Origin: the human T2T-CHM13v2.0 reference genome, Homo sapiens | Reading direction: 5' to 3' (one strand) | DNA: 64,000 nt | NCBI RefSeq assembly: GCF_009914755.1 | Contig: NC_060926.1 | Program-made: the position numbers and the translations under genes | Notes under the pieces: model-generated | Seen by the model: the letters and a program-made list of their open reading frames with translations, nothing else | Database searches by the model: none | What the model was told of the DNA's origin: nothing | Shown here: piece by piece, positions 1 to 15,149 of the stretch | Layout: each line of letters starts with the position of its first letter | Numbering within the stretch: position 1 is the first letter of the stretch

Positions 1-504
1 AAATACTCCCTTTAGCATTTCCTGCAGAAAGTTCTGGTGTTGATAAAATCCCTAAGCTTTTGTTTGTCTGGGAAAGCCTTTATTTCCTATTCATGTTTGA
101 AGGATATTTTCACTGAATATACCATTCTAGAGTAAAAGTTTTTTCCTTCACCACTTTAAATATGTCATGCCATTCTCTCTTGGCCTGTGAAGTATGAAAT
201 GAAAATTCTGCTGTCAGACATATTGGAACTCCATTGTATGCTATTTCGTTTTTCTTGCTGCTTAGGATCCTTTCTTTATCCTTGACCTTTGGGAGTTCAA
301 TTATTAAATGCCTTAGGGTAGTCTTCTTTGGGTTAATTCTGCATGGTGTTCTATAACCTTCTTGTACTCTCGATATTGATATCTTTTATAGGTTTGGGAA
401 GTTCTCTGTTGCTATTCATTTGAGTAAACTTTCTGCCTCTATCTCTTTCTCTACCTTCTCTTCAAGGCCAATAACTCGTAGATTTGCCATTTTGAGGCTA
501 TTTT

Positions 505-3524
<3,020 letters not shown>

Positions 3525-4278
3525 CATTTTGAGGCTATTTTGCAGCCTGCTTTGCTTCATTGTTTTTTCTTTTCTTTCTTTTTTTTTTGTCTTTTCTGTG
3601 TATTTTCAAACAGCCTATCTTCAAGCTCATTAATTCTTTATTCAGCTTGATCACACCTGCTATTAATGGACTTTGATGCATTTTTCAATATGGCAGTTGC
3701 ATTTTTCAGCTCCAGAATTTCTGCTTGATTCTTTGTAATTATTTCAATCTCTTTGTTAAGCTAATCAGATAGGATTCTGAATTCCTTCTCTGTGTTATCT
3801 TGAATTTCTTTGACTTTCCTCAGCACAGCCATTTTGATTTCTCTGTCTGAAAAGTCACATATCTCTGTTTCTCCAGAATTGGTCCCTGGTGCCTTATCTA
3901 TTTCATTTGGTGAGGTCATGTTTTCCAGGATGGTGTTGATGCTAGTAGATGTTCTTTGATGTCTGGGCATTTAAGGGTTAGGTATTTATTATAGTCTTCA
4001 CTTTCTGTACTTACTCGTAGCTGTCCTTCTTGGGAAGGCTTTCCAGATATTCAAAAGGACTTGATTGTTGTGATCTAAGTGTTGTGATCTAAGCTGTATC
4101 TGCTTTAGGGGCACCACAAGCCTGGTAATGCTATAGTTCTTACAGACTCATAAAGGTACTGCCTTGATGGTCCTGGACAACATCCAGAAGGATTATCTGG
4201 ATTACCAGGCATTGACTCTTGTTCTCTTTCCTCACGTTCTCCAAATGAATGGAGTCTGTCTGTCCCACCCCACCCCCG

Positions 4279-4309
<31 letters not shown>

Positions 4310-6249
4310 GTTCTAGGCCATCTGGAGCTGGGAATATTGTGACATAACCACCTCTGTGGCCGTCACCACTAGAACTGTACTAGGCCAGACCTGAAGCCAG
4401 CACAGCACTGGGTCTCACCTGAGGCTTGCTGTAACCACTCCTGGGCTTCAGCCTGTGTTCACTCAAGGCTTTAGGGCTCAACAATCAGCAGGTGACAAAG
4501 CCAGCCAGGCCTGTATCCTTCACTTCAGAGTGGCGGGTTCCCCAAGTCCCTGGGCATGTCCAGAGGTGCCATGCAGGAGCCAGGGACTAGAGTAAAAAAA
4601 TCTTAGAAGTCTACCTGGTGTTCTATTGTACTGTGGCTAAGCTGGCACTGAACTCAAAAGATGTAGTCCTCCCCACTCTTCCCTTCCCTTTTTAAAGGCA
4701 GAAGAGCCTCACCCTATGGCTACCGCTACCACATCTCCACAGGGAGTGCTGTACCACTGATGTTCCCTTAAGGCCCAAGGGCTCTTCAGTCAGCTTGTGT
4801 TGCATGCTGCCTGGCCTAATACTCACCCTTCAGGGCAGCAGGCTGTCCTCTGACCCAGAGCAGGTCCAGAAATTCTATTCAATAGCCAAGTCCTGGAACC
4901 TGGGACCCCAATAACCTGCTTGGTGCTCTGACCCCTGTGGCTCAGCTGGTAACTAAGGTACAAGACAAAGTTCCCTTTGCTTTTCCCTTTGATTTTCTCA
5001 AGAAGAAGGAGTCTCACCCTGTACCCACCACAACTAGGAATGTGCTTAGTCTCACCTGAAGCCAGCAAGTCTCAGAGTCTCACCCAAGGCCCTCAATGTA
5101 GTACCTGGGTATTACTGCTGGTTGTTCAGGGCCCAAGGTCTCTTCAGTTAGAAGGTGATGAATGCTGCCAGGACTGGGTTCTTCCGTTCAAGGCAGCAGG
5201 TTGCCTTGTTGCCCAGGGTGTGTCTAGAAATGTCATTCACTAGCAAGATCTGGAAAGGGGACTTCATAACTCTAACTGGTGCCCTACCCTGCTGTGGCTG
5301 AGCTGGTATCCAAGATCCCAGAGTCCTCTTTATTCTTCCTTCTTCTCTCCTTAAATGGAGTGAGTGGGTCTTTTTTGGAGCCACCAGCTGTATAGCCTGT
5401 GGTTAGGAGGAGGTGATGCCAGCACTCCCTTCCCCACCCTGGCTGGTGTCTCAGTAAGTCACATACCCCCCTCCTCCAGTCCACTGTCTCTGGCCCAAGT
5501 TCAACACTAGGACTTGCCTTGGAGTTGCAGTCCTTATGGCCTAGCCTGCCTTTCCAGTTTATTTTGGGCCACAGAACACTTTAGCCTGCACTGATGAGGC
5601 TTGCAGGAACTCAAGTTTGGACCACTGGGATTGGCGATTCCTTTCTGGCTAAACAGACCTGGTTAAAATGCTCCTTTTTTGGGTGGACATCAGCTGTGTT
5701 TGGTCTAGTTTTGTTTTCTGTTATAATAGGGCAGCACTGAGCTCAGTGCCTCATAAATGCTACAATCTCCCTGTCTCCAGCACACCAAACACTCTCCACA
5801 CCATGCCTCTGCTGCTGCGGGAGAGGTGGCATCAGCTATTTAAGACTGTTTTTCCTACCTGTTCAGTGCCTCATTAGTGATATGAAGTTAAAGCCAGGTA
5901 CTGTGAGTGCTCACCTGATTTTTGAGTCTTATGAAGGTGCTTTTTTTTGTGTAGATAGTTATTGAATTGATGTCCTTGCTTGGAGGGACAATCAGTGGAG
6001 ATTTCTATTCTGCCATCTTGCCCTGCTTCAAGTTATAGTCTTTAAAAAATCTCACTTAGAATGAATATATGTTTTACTGCAAGGCTGTTAACATGTTTGA
6101 CTTCAGGGTGCTTTCCCAGACGTCTTGGATGGGAGGGGAGAAGGGTAGGAGATGTTGCATAATTATAGTATATGTACTATATTACCTTAAAAATACCAAA
6201 AATACTTAATTCCAAATGACATCTGGCTTCACCGGGATTGTGGGGCTAC

Positions 6250-6780
6250 ATAATATCTAGGAATTATAAATACTGTGAATGGAAATGAAGCAGGTATGGA
6301 TATAGAGAATGAAGGCCAATGGTGAAGAGGGTAAAAGTTGGAGGCGGAGGTTTTTTAGCTAGACTGGTGAGAGAATCCTCTCTGGGAAGTGATATTTGAG
6401 AAGATCCAGAAACAATCCAGAAGCTTTCAAGGAAAAAGAGTGTTTTAGTCAGTGGGAACAGACATGTCGTTATCTAAAGAGACATTCCAATCTGAGAGAA
6501 GACAAAGGTCAAAGACTTAAATCAAGAGTGTGCTTAGCATGTTTGAAGAAGAACACGAAGGCCACTGAGGCTACAGAATACGAAACAAGAGGAAGAGTGA
6601 TCAGATAGGCTTTCAGAAAGGTAACCAGGATCCAAGTCCTTGCCTTAGATGTTATGGAAAGTCTTTGGGGGATTTTGAACAAGGGAGTCTTAAATTCAGT
6701 TTTCTTTTTAAAAATGTCATTCTGTTGCTCTATAGATAATTTTTAAAAATCATTCTTTTGTTACGTGGATAGTAGAGTAG
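6250..6780 (-). mobile_element. L2 fragment (approximate)
   Basis: Purine-rich L2-like text, e.g. GAGTGTGCTTAGCATGTTTGAAGAAGAACACGAAGGCCACTGAGG. Confidence 0.55.
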
Positions 6781-6877
6781 TAGATGGTTGCAGTGGTGAG
6801 GATTGGAAAAGATAAGTGATCATGACAATGGATGAAACTCAGAAATTTAATGATGTGTGATCATATAGATACTTTTT

Positions 6878-7091
6878 TTGTTTTTTTCAAGAAAGCGTCT
6901 CACTGTTACCTAATTGGAATGCAATGGCATGATTGTAGTGCATTGCAGCCTCGACCACCTGGGCTCAAGTGATCCTCCTGGTGGAGGCTCCCGAGTAGCT
7001 AGGACTATAGTATAGCATGCAATACCATATCTGACTTTTTTTCTTTTTTTTTTTTTGGTAGAGACATAGTCTCACTATGTTGCCAACACTG
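6878..7091 (-). mobile_element. 5'-truncated old Alu (AluJ-like)
   Basis: Right arm plus part of left arm; 14-bp TSD TATAGATACTTTTT at 6864-6877 and 7092-7105. Confidence 0.85.
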
Positions 7092-7359
7092 TATAGATAC
7101 TTTTTAATAAAATAATGTCCTATATTATATTTTAACAAAATAATATCTTTTAGGTATCTGTTGCGTGAATGGTATGCTATGAATTGATAATCTAAATATT
7201 TTGGTTTTTGTTCTAGATTTTTCCCTAAGTGTTAGAGCTAAGAAATCAGCTTGGTCATTATAGTGCTCTTGCCAGTCTCCTTCTCTTTTCTCAAAGAGGG
7301 AAAGAGCCCCAGCTAGAGGAAAGAGCCCCCAAACTTGGAGTAAAAAGAACTGTTTTCTC

Positions 7360-7460
7360 ATCTCCGATCTGCCACTGACTATAACGTTGTTTATTTAACC
7401 TCTTTTGATTTTGGTTTTCTGTACTGTAAAGTGGATTGAATTACCTGATTGATATAGCTC
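7360..7460 (+). mobile_element. MIR core fragment
   Basis: TCTGCCACTGACT...TTTAACCTCTTTTG...CTGTAAAGTGG resembles the MIR core. Confidence 0.45.
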
Positions 7461-7637
7461 TTTTTGAATCTTCAGTCTTAAATTTAACAAGCCCTTTCTG
7501 TTAGAGTCTAAAATTCTATGATTTTAAATGAGACTGCATAAAAATCTCAAAACTTCCTTAAATATGAATGTAAAAGAATACAGAATAACTGGATGTGTTC
7601 AAAATTGGTAAATTCACCCTGGTATCGTTTTTAACAG

Positions 7638-7788
7638 GACCAAGGAAATAAATACCAGAAATCAAGAAGAGCACACACTATTTTCCTTCATCAATCCATA
7701 GAACCCTAATGCTTCTTTAGTTCCATCAAACACAGAGGAATGACCACCATGGCAGATGGCAACAGAGGATGTCAACAATTTTTTGGAG
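7638..7788 (+). other. MBD5: 151-nt non-coding (5'UTR) exon, probably MBD5 exon 3; AG acceptor, GC-type donor
   Basis: Seen: acceptor GTTTTTAACAG|G at 7637/7638 and donor GAG|GCAAGC at 7788/7789, in unique sequence. The MBD5 identity rests on my recollection of its 5'UTR exon size/sequence and of an intronic SNORA48 copy; not verified by search. Confidence 0.7.
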
Positions 7789-9360
7789 GCAAGCAATGAA
7801 ATATTTCTACTATGAGTTTTCTGTTATTAATCATGTAGACACAAGTAGAATTATATTGGGTTTTAATTTAAAATGAAAAGTATTATTTCCTGTAGGAATT
7901 TATGTATGCATGTCTTTTTCTTTATTTTCTTTTTTTCCTCTTTTAACACTATAGCATGTCAAAAATTACATTAAGATGCATTTGCCCTTACCTCTAGAGT
8001 AACAGATAGAATAAGGCTATCTTAAATCCTGAAATACAGAACAAGGATTTAAATAACCAAAATTAAGTACCTATATTTGAAAGCAGGGCTTTTTCATATC
8101 TCTCTTGGACACATATATAACTGTAAATACTAAATAAAATTGGAAATCAGAATTATTTTCTATTTATTTTAGAGTTAGTCATACTATTTATGAGTTTTAT
8201 ATAGTTAAAGGTAGCCCAGCATTTTTCCTCCCTTTTCTTTAACAACTAATCTACAGTGCTCCAAAATCTTGGAAAGCTATCCCTTTAAAACTCTCACAGC
8301 TTTACATTTTGTGAAAATTCTGCATCAAAATATTTCATTGAACTTTTAGTTAATTCCATGACAGCTCCTATTGCTCCCAAAGAGCATCTGGGCAAGGATT
8401 GTGGACCACAATGCCACCTTCAAATTTCAAATTGATTACATTACCTTTAAAAGAAAAGCTTGCTTGGAAAGAAATTGACCATATATATTTTTAAGTGTAT
8501 AAGGAATCTGGCTTTTTTTCTACATTCATGAAAAATATAGACTTAAGTAGATGAAAATAAAACAAAATAAAAATATACACTTTTAAAATTTTAAGTAGAA
8601 TTCACTGAAATGTAATCTTTCAAGGGATTTCATACAAAGAAACTATATATATATGCTTAGAATTTTTTATTTAGTGTTAATTCAACTCATCAGCCTGAGG
8701 TCATCCATGAAAACGTGTCTGCTTTTTAAGTTTCACATAAGAGGAATGCTTTCTATAAATAAAGACAATGATAAATGTTTAAAAAGCCCAGTGTAGAGAT
8801 TCTGAGTTTTCTTTCAGTAACTAGAGTCAAAATTAATTCTTGCTTTTCTGTTGGGGAAAATTTCATCTAATTACATTCAATTTATTCTGCAACTTTTTGG
8901 ACAGCAAATCCTGATCACCAAAGAAAAAGCAGCTGTGTTGCCTTTGCCTCACAATTATAACAATAGTATTATTATGCAGTCAACAGAGTTTATGGAACCA
9001 TGAAGTGGTTATATCCACTGGCTGTTTTCTGGCAGAGACACACCTAAACCTTTCTGAACTGCTGATAATGTATGCCTTCTATTTCTAAGGATCTTCAAAG
9101 AAATAGATTCCACTGCTTCCTTCAGCAAGCCAATTTAGTATAACAGCTCTCAGAAGCAGAAAATTCTTTCTTATAACCCTTTATGCACTTTTATTAACTG
9201 TTTCTAAAACTTATTTTCCTGGAATTGCATTTTAAATATTATTTAAATATTTTCTTAGTTTGGTATAATCCACTTAACTATTTTTAAAAACTACTAAAAA
9301 TTGATCATTGTTTAATTAGTAGAAATATTCTCATAAACCATGCTTCCTCATAAGTAGTCT

Positions 9361-9682
9361 ACGTTTCTCCCTTGGTATCTGCAAGGGATTGACTCCAGAA
9401 CCCCCTATGAATACCAAAATCCAGGAATGTTCAAGTCCCTTATATGAAATAGTGCAGTTTTTGCATATAACTCACACCTATGCTCCTTATACTTTAAATC
9501 ATCTCTATATTACTTATACTACCTAATACAACCTAAATTCTAGGTAAATAGCTGTTATATTTTTTATTCTGATTATTTTTTATTGTTGTCATGTTATTTG
9601 TATTGTCTTTTTTCTGAATGTATTTGATCCAAGCTTGCTTGAATTTTTAGATGCAAAACTTGTGAATACAGAAGACTGACTA
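9361..9682. mobile_element. MER2 (Tigger-family non-autonomous DNA transposon)
   Basis: CCCTTGGTATCTGCAAGGGATTG...ATACCAAAATCC...CAAGTCCCTTATATG...ACTTTAAATCATCTCTA matches remembered MER2. Confidence 0.85.
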
Positions 9683-9999
9683 TACTATCAAATTTCTTTT
9701 TCTTACATTTCCTTTCCTAACTCATCCACACATATATTATTTTGAGCTTCAGTTATTCTTTAACCATCAGACTGTATCGATGGTATATAGCTTTAACTTA
9801 TTAAGAATCAAGCCCTTTGTTTTTTATTAATTTCATTCTATTTGTGACCATGTAATTAATAAGCCACAGATATTTATAATTCTAATCCAAAGTGCTATTT
9901 CATTTATTTTCCACATTTTTAGGGAAAGTTATACTGGCAAAAACTTTTAGAGGTTAGAAAGGCAGTTGAACGTAGCAGGTATGATTTATAAGAATGCTA

Positions 10000-12201
10000 C
10001 AGGCATACCTCAGAGATATTGCAGGTTTGGTTCCAGACTACCACAATAAAGCAAGCCATACATTTTTTTCCCAGTGCATATACAAGGTATCTTTGCACTA
10101 TACTGTAATCTATTCAGTGTGTAATTGCATCATGTCTTTAAAAAACAATGCACATGCCTTAATTTTAAAATAGTTTTCTAAAAAAGGGGGAGTGTTTTGG
10201 GGGGTGGCGGGGACAGGCTCTTACTCTCTCTTCCAGGCTGGAGTCCAGTGGTGCAATCATGGCTCACTGCTGCCTTGACTTCCTGGACTCAAGTGATTCT
10301 CCCACCTCAGCCTCCCGAATAGCTGGGAATACAGGCATGCGCTATCACACCAGGCTAATTTTTATATTTTTTGTAGAGACAGGGTTTTGCCATGTTGCCC
10401 AGGCTGGTCTTGAACTCCTGGGCTCAAGCGATCTGCCTGCCTCAGCCTCCCAAAGTGCTGGGATTACAGGTATAAGCCACCATACTGGCCTCCTTTTGAT
10501 AGTGAAAGGTCTTACCTGGATGTTGATGGTTGCTAACATCCAGGCAAGACCCTTTATTATGGCTGAAGATTGGGATGGCTGTGGCGATATATTGAAATAA
10601 GACAGCAAGGAATATTGCCACATCAATTGACTTGACTTGACAAAGTAAATTGGTTTTCAATTTACTTTGCCCAGATTGGTCAGAGGATTCACTATTTGTA
10701 TTTGTAAGGCAGATACTATTTGTAAGGCAGATACAGCCTTAAAAAATACATTTCTTAAGTAGACTTGAAAGTCGATGGACTTTTCAAGTTAGAAGAGTTG
10801 ATCCATGGACTACAGAAGGAATGTTATGTTGACAAGCATGAGAACAGCATGAATCTCCTTGTATATCTTCATCACAGCTCTTGGATGACTAGGTATACTA
10901 TAAGTGAGTATAATTTTTCCAAAGGAGTATTTTTTTTCTGGGCAGTAGGTCTCAACAGCAAACGTAAAATAGTCAGCGAATCATGCTGCAAACAGATATG
11001 CTGTCCTCTAGGCTTTGTTGTTTCATTTATAGAGCACAGGCAGAGTAGATTTAGCATAATTCTTAAGGGCCCTGGGATTATTTGAATGGTAAATGAGCAT
11101 TGGCTTGAACCTAAAGTCACCAACTGCATTAGTCTCTAAAAAGAGAATCAGTGGTTCCTTTGAAGCTTTGAAGTGGGACATTGACTTTTCTTCTAGTTAC
11201 GAAAATCCCAGGTGGCATCTTCTTCCAATTGAAGGCTGTTGTATCTACACTGAAAATCTGGTGTTTAGCATAGTCACCTTCATCAATGATTTTAGCTAGA
11301 GCTTCTAGATCACTTGCTGCAGCTTCTCCATCACTACTTCCTGCTTCACTTTGTACTTCTATGTTGTGTAGACAACTTCTTTCCTTAAACCTCATGAATC
11401 AACTTGCTCTGCTAGTGTCAAACTTTTCTTCTGCAGCTTCCTCACCTCTCTCAGCCTTCATAGAACTGAAGAGAGTTAGGGCCTTTCTCTGGATTCAGCT
11501 TTGGCTTAAATAAATGTTGTAGTCAGTTTGATCTTCTATCCATGCCACTAAAAGTTTGTCTGTATCAGCAACAAGGCTGTTTTTCTTTCTTATCATTCAT
11601 GTATTCACCATAGTAGCACTTTTAATTTGCTTCAAGAGCTTTTCCTTTGCATTCACAATTTGGCTAACTGTTGGGCGCAAGATGCCTGGCTTTCAGCTTG
11701 TCTTGGCTTTTGACATGTCTTCCTTACAGTGCTTCATTATTTCTAGCCTTTGATTTGAACTGAGAGACATGTGACTCTTCCTTTCATGTGAACACTTAGA
11801 GGCAATTATAGGTTATTACTTAGCCTAATTACAATATTGTATTTTCGGGGATTGGGAGGCCCAAGGAGAGGGAGAGAGACGGGGAAACAGCCAGGCATTG
11901 GAGTATTCAGAACACACATTTATCAGTTAAGTGTGCTCTCTTATGTTCAGGCAGTTCGTGGCACCCCAAAACAATTACAGGAGAAACATCAAAGATCACT
12001 GATTACAGATCACCATAACAGATATTATAATGAAAAAGTTTGAAATATTGTGACAGTTATCAAAATGTGACTCAGAGTCATGAAGTGAGCACATGCTGTG
12101 TGTGAAAACGGCACCGATGGACTTGCTCAGTGCAGAGTTGTCACAAAACTTCAATTTGCCAAGTACAATAAAACAAAGCACAAGAAAATGAGGTATGCCT
12201 A
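10000..12201 (-). mobile_element. Tigger1 copy A, internally deleted, with an Alu insertion
   Basis: TA|CAGGCATACCTC terminus at 10000 and GAGGTATGCCT terminus at ~12200; transposase remnant 11129-11395(-) MRFKERSCLHNIEVQSEA...QIFSVDTTAFNWKKMP. Confidence 0.95.
10185..10490 (-). mobile_element. AluJ inside Tigger1 copy A, with a G-rich tail region and no clear TSD
   Basis: Dimeric Alu body ~10211-10490 with AluJ-type CTGGGCTCAAGCGATC. Confidence 0.9.
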
Positions 12202-12259
12202 CATTTAAGAACTCAAATTCACAGAACTGATTAAGGCTGATTTATTAACCACAACCGTG

Positions 12260-12430
12260 CATTCTACCAGCTGTGTGACCATGGGCAAATTGTTGATTTT
12301 TTTCACCCCCAATTTGTATATCTTTAAAATTTGAGTGCTAATAATAATATAACTGTGAGGATTAAATGGAATAGATAATATAAGTAATAAGCTTAGGTTC
12401 TTAGCACTGCCTAACATGTAATTCAATAAA
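12260..12430 (+). mobile_element. MIR
   Basis: CAGCTGTGTGACCATGGGCAAATT...GTGAGGATTAAATG...CACTGCCTAACA. Confidence 0.75.
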
Positions 12431-12948
12431 CAGATGACATAGTTATCCCACTCTGCAAAATAATTGAAAACAGGTTTCTTCATAGCAAGCTCAATTCTTA
12501 AAAAAGAACAATGAATTTGCTCATTCTATTTATGCCAAACTTGTTTTACATCATTGTTTCTGTTTTACTGCTGCTAAATTTTGTTCACATTGAAGTGTCC
12601 AAACAAGCAGTTTAGAGTTCATGTTTAAAAATATGAAAATGTGATTTATCCAGAAACCACATTAGAAAACATTATACCAATGGTTATTAATCTGAGTCTC
12701 ATAGAAACTATGTACATTCCAAATTTTGTTTAAAAATGTAGGGTATGCATGGACTGTTCTAAAATTTTAACTGAAGTCAACCACTATTATTTAGAGAAAT
12801 ATTCCATTTATAGGACAGAGTGATTTGAGGAATCTTCTTGGGATTAAATCTCTTTTATGTATATATCGATCAGATGTTTATTTGGTCTGAAAAATGGATT
12901 CAATACTTCCACTAGAAAAATAAAAAGAAACAGATAATTTTGTTCTAT

Positions 12949-13384
12949 TAATATTAGTTTTCTAGGTCTGCTATAACAAATTACCATAAATTGTGTAGCT
13001 TAAAATAACGAAAGTTTATTCTCTCACAGTTCTGGAGGCTAGAAGTCCAAAACTAAGTTGTTGGCAGAGCCTTGCTTTTTGAAGCCTGGTGGGGAGAATT
13101 TGTTCCTTTTGCTTGGCTGTGGCGTTGCCAGCAATTTTTGGCATTCCATGGCTTGTAGACATATTACTTCAATCTTTGCGTTCATCATCACATGGCATTC
13201 TCCCTGTGTGTCTGTTTCTCTTCTGCTCTTCTTATAAGGATTGGATTAGGGCCTACCCTAATTCAGTACGACCTCATCTTAATTACATCTATAAAGACTA
13301 TATTTCCAAATAAGTTCACATTCATAGGTACTAGAGGTTAGGACTTGAACATATTTTTGGAGAAACATAATTCAACCCATAACT
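12949..13384 (-). mobile_element. MaLR solo LTR (MLT1B-like)
   Basis: TATTAGTTTTCTAGG...TCACAGTTCTGGAGGCTAGAAGTCC...ATTCAACCCATAAC. Confidence 0.85.
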
Positions 13385-13389
13385 CTATC

Positions 13390-13492
13390 ATATATATATA
13401 TATATTATATACACACACACACACACACGTGTGTGTGTATGAGTGTGTATATATGTGTGTGTATATATGTGTGGGTGTCTGTATATATATAT
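13390..13492. repeat. Compound (TA)n(CA)n(TG)n microsatellite
   Basis: Directly visible. Confidence 0.95.
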
Positions 13493-13944
13493 AACTGAGA
13501 ATAGAATTAGAAAAGAAAAATGAATTTTGAAAACAAATTTCTTCTGTTCAGCCTCTGAAAAGATGTTATTTCACTTGTGATAAGACATGATCTATGACTA
13601 GATCTACATGTTTTGCCTAGTGATATCTGACACCACCATTTCTTGGACATCAACAGTTCCTTGATCATTCATTTTCCTATCTACTCTCTAGCTTTATTTG
13701 TTAAAATTTAAAGCAATAGCTATCATTTTGCTTGCTTTGTTTACTTGACATCAGAGTTCAAACAATAGGTTTACAGATTCAAGATCACAGGATACATACT
13801 ACATGCATCAACAAATGAAATGCCCTACGACTTTAGAGATGGTATAGCATTTATATTTATAATCATACTTATAGTTATATTTTGTAAATGAACTTAGGTA
13901 AGATTTCCTTTTCCATATTTGTTTAAACCAGGGCCACCTTTTAT

Positions 13945-14054
13945 TATTATGGGTAAGAAATTAAGAAAAATTGTTGACATTTATGAGTAACGTTTATTGA
14001 TAATGTTTATGGGTTATATTATGGGTAAGAAATTAAGAAAAATTATTGACATTT
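13945..14054. repeat. 38-bp direct repeat, two copies, period 72
   Basis: TATTATGGGTAAGAAATTAAGAAAAATT(G/A)TTGACATTT at 13945-13982 and 14017-14054. Confidence 0.9.
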
Positions 14055-14081
14055 CAAAATGAACAAGTTTATTTTATTTAC

Positions 14082-14083
<2 letters not shown>

Positions 14084-14131
<48 letters not shown>
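14084..14131. repeat. (CA)n microsatellite at an Alu tail position
   Basis: Directly visible, about 24 units. Confidence 0.95.
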
Positions 14132-14136
<5 letters not shown>

Positions 14137-14137
<1 letters not shown>

Positions 14138-14960
14138 TGAGATAGGGTCTTGCATTGTAGCCCAGGCTGGAGTGCAGTGGCATGAACGTGGCTCAGTGCA
14201 GCCTTAACCTCCTGATCCTCCCACATCAGCCTCCTGAATAACTAGGACCACAGCTGCACACCACCATGCCCAGCTAATTTTTCGATTTTTTGTAGAAACG
14301 GGGTCTTGCCCAGCCATCCCATTACTGGTTATATACCCAAAGGATTATAAATCATGCTGCTATAAAGACACATGCACACATATGTTTATTGCGGCACTAT
14401 TCACAATAGCAAAGACTTGGAACCAACTCAAATGTCCATCAATGATAGACTGGATTAAGAAAATGTGGCACATATACACCATGGAATCCTATGCAGCCAT
14501 TAAAAAAGGATGAGTTCATGTCCTTTATAGGGACATAGATGAAGCTGGAAACCATTATTCTGAGCAAACTATCGCGAGGACAGAAAACCAAACACTGCAT
14601 GTTCTCACTCACAGGTGGGAATTGAACAATGAGAACGCTTGGACACAGGGTGGGGAACACCACACACTGGGGCCTGTCGTGAGGCAGGGGGAGGGGGAAG
14701 GGATAGCATTAGGAGATATACCTAATGTAAATGATGAGTTAATGGGTGCAGCACACCAACATGGCACATGTATACATATGTAACAAACCTCCATGTTGTG
14801 CACATGTACCCTAGAACTTAAAGTATAATTAAAGAAAAAAAAAAAGAAATGGGGTCTTGCCATGTTGCCCAGGCTGGTCTCGAATGCCTGGGTTCAAGCA
14901 ATCCTCCTGTTTCAGCCACCCAAAGTGCTGGGATTATAGGCATGAGCCACTGCACCCAAC
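14137..14960 (-). mobile_element. AluJ split by an L1PA insertion
   Basis: Alu parts at 14137-14310 and 14862-14960. Confidence 0.9.
14311..14844 (+). mobile_element. 5'-truncated L1PA (about PA4-5) 3' end inserted in the Alu
   Basis: ORF2 end, 3'UTR and poly(A); 17-bp TSD AGAAA(C/T)GGGGTCTTGCC at 14294-14310 and 14845-14861. Confidence 0.95.
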
Positions 14961-15149
14961 CTCATTATGAATTGTTAACATTAATTCAACTGCTTATTCT
15001 AGTAAAGCTCATTCTAGTGAAGACTCTTTCTAATCATTACTACATTTTTAGTATATATCTTCTTTTTGGTCATGTCCCATATAGTATTCAGGCAATTGTC
15101 ACAGATATTTCATGTAATAAAACTTACATAGAACTAACTATTCTTTAGA

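Noticed and set aside
4065-4310. 14-bp duplication TGTTGTGATCTAAG and (TCTCTG)n tract
   Set aside because: Routine slippage inside an old L1 5'UTR
11129-11395. Transposase ORF as a TIGD-like gene
   Set aside because: Short remnant in a deleted, frameshifted Tigger1
13945-14054. Repeat-spacer-repeat pattern resembling CRISPR
   Set aside because: Only two copies, mammalian intron, no cas genes
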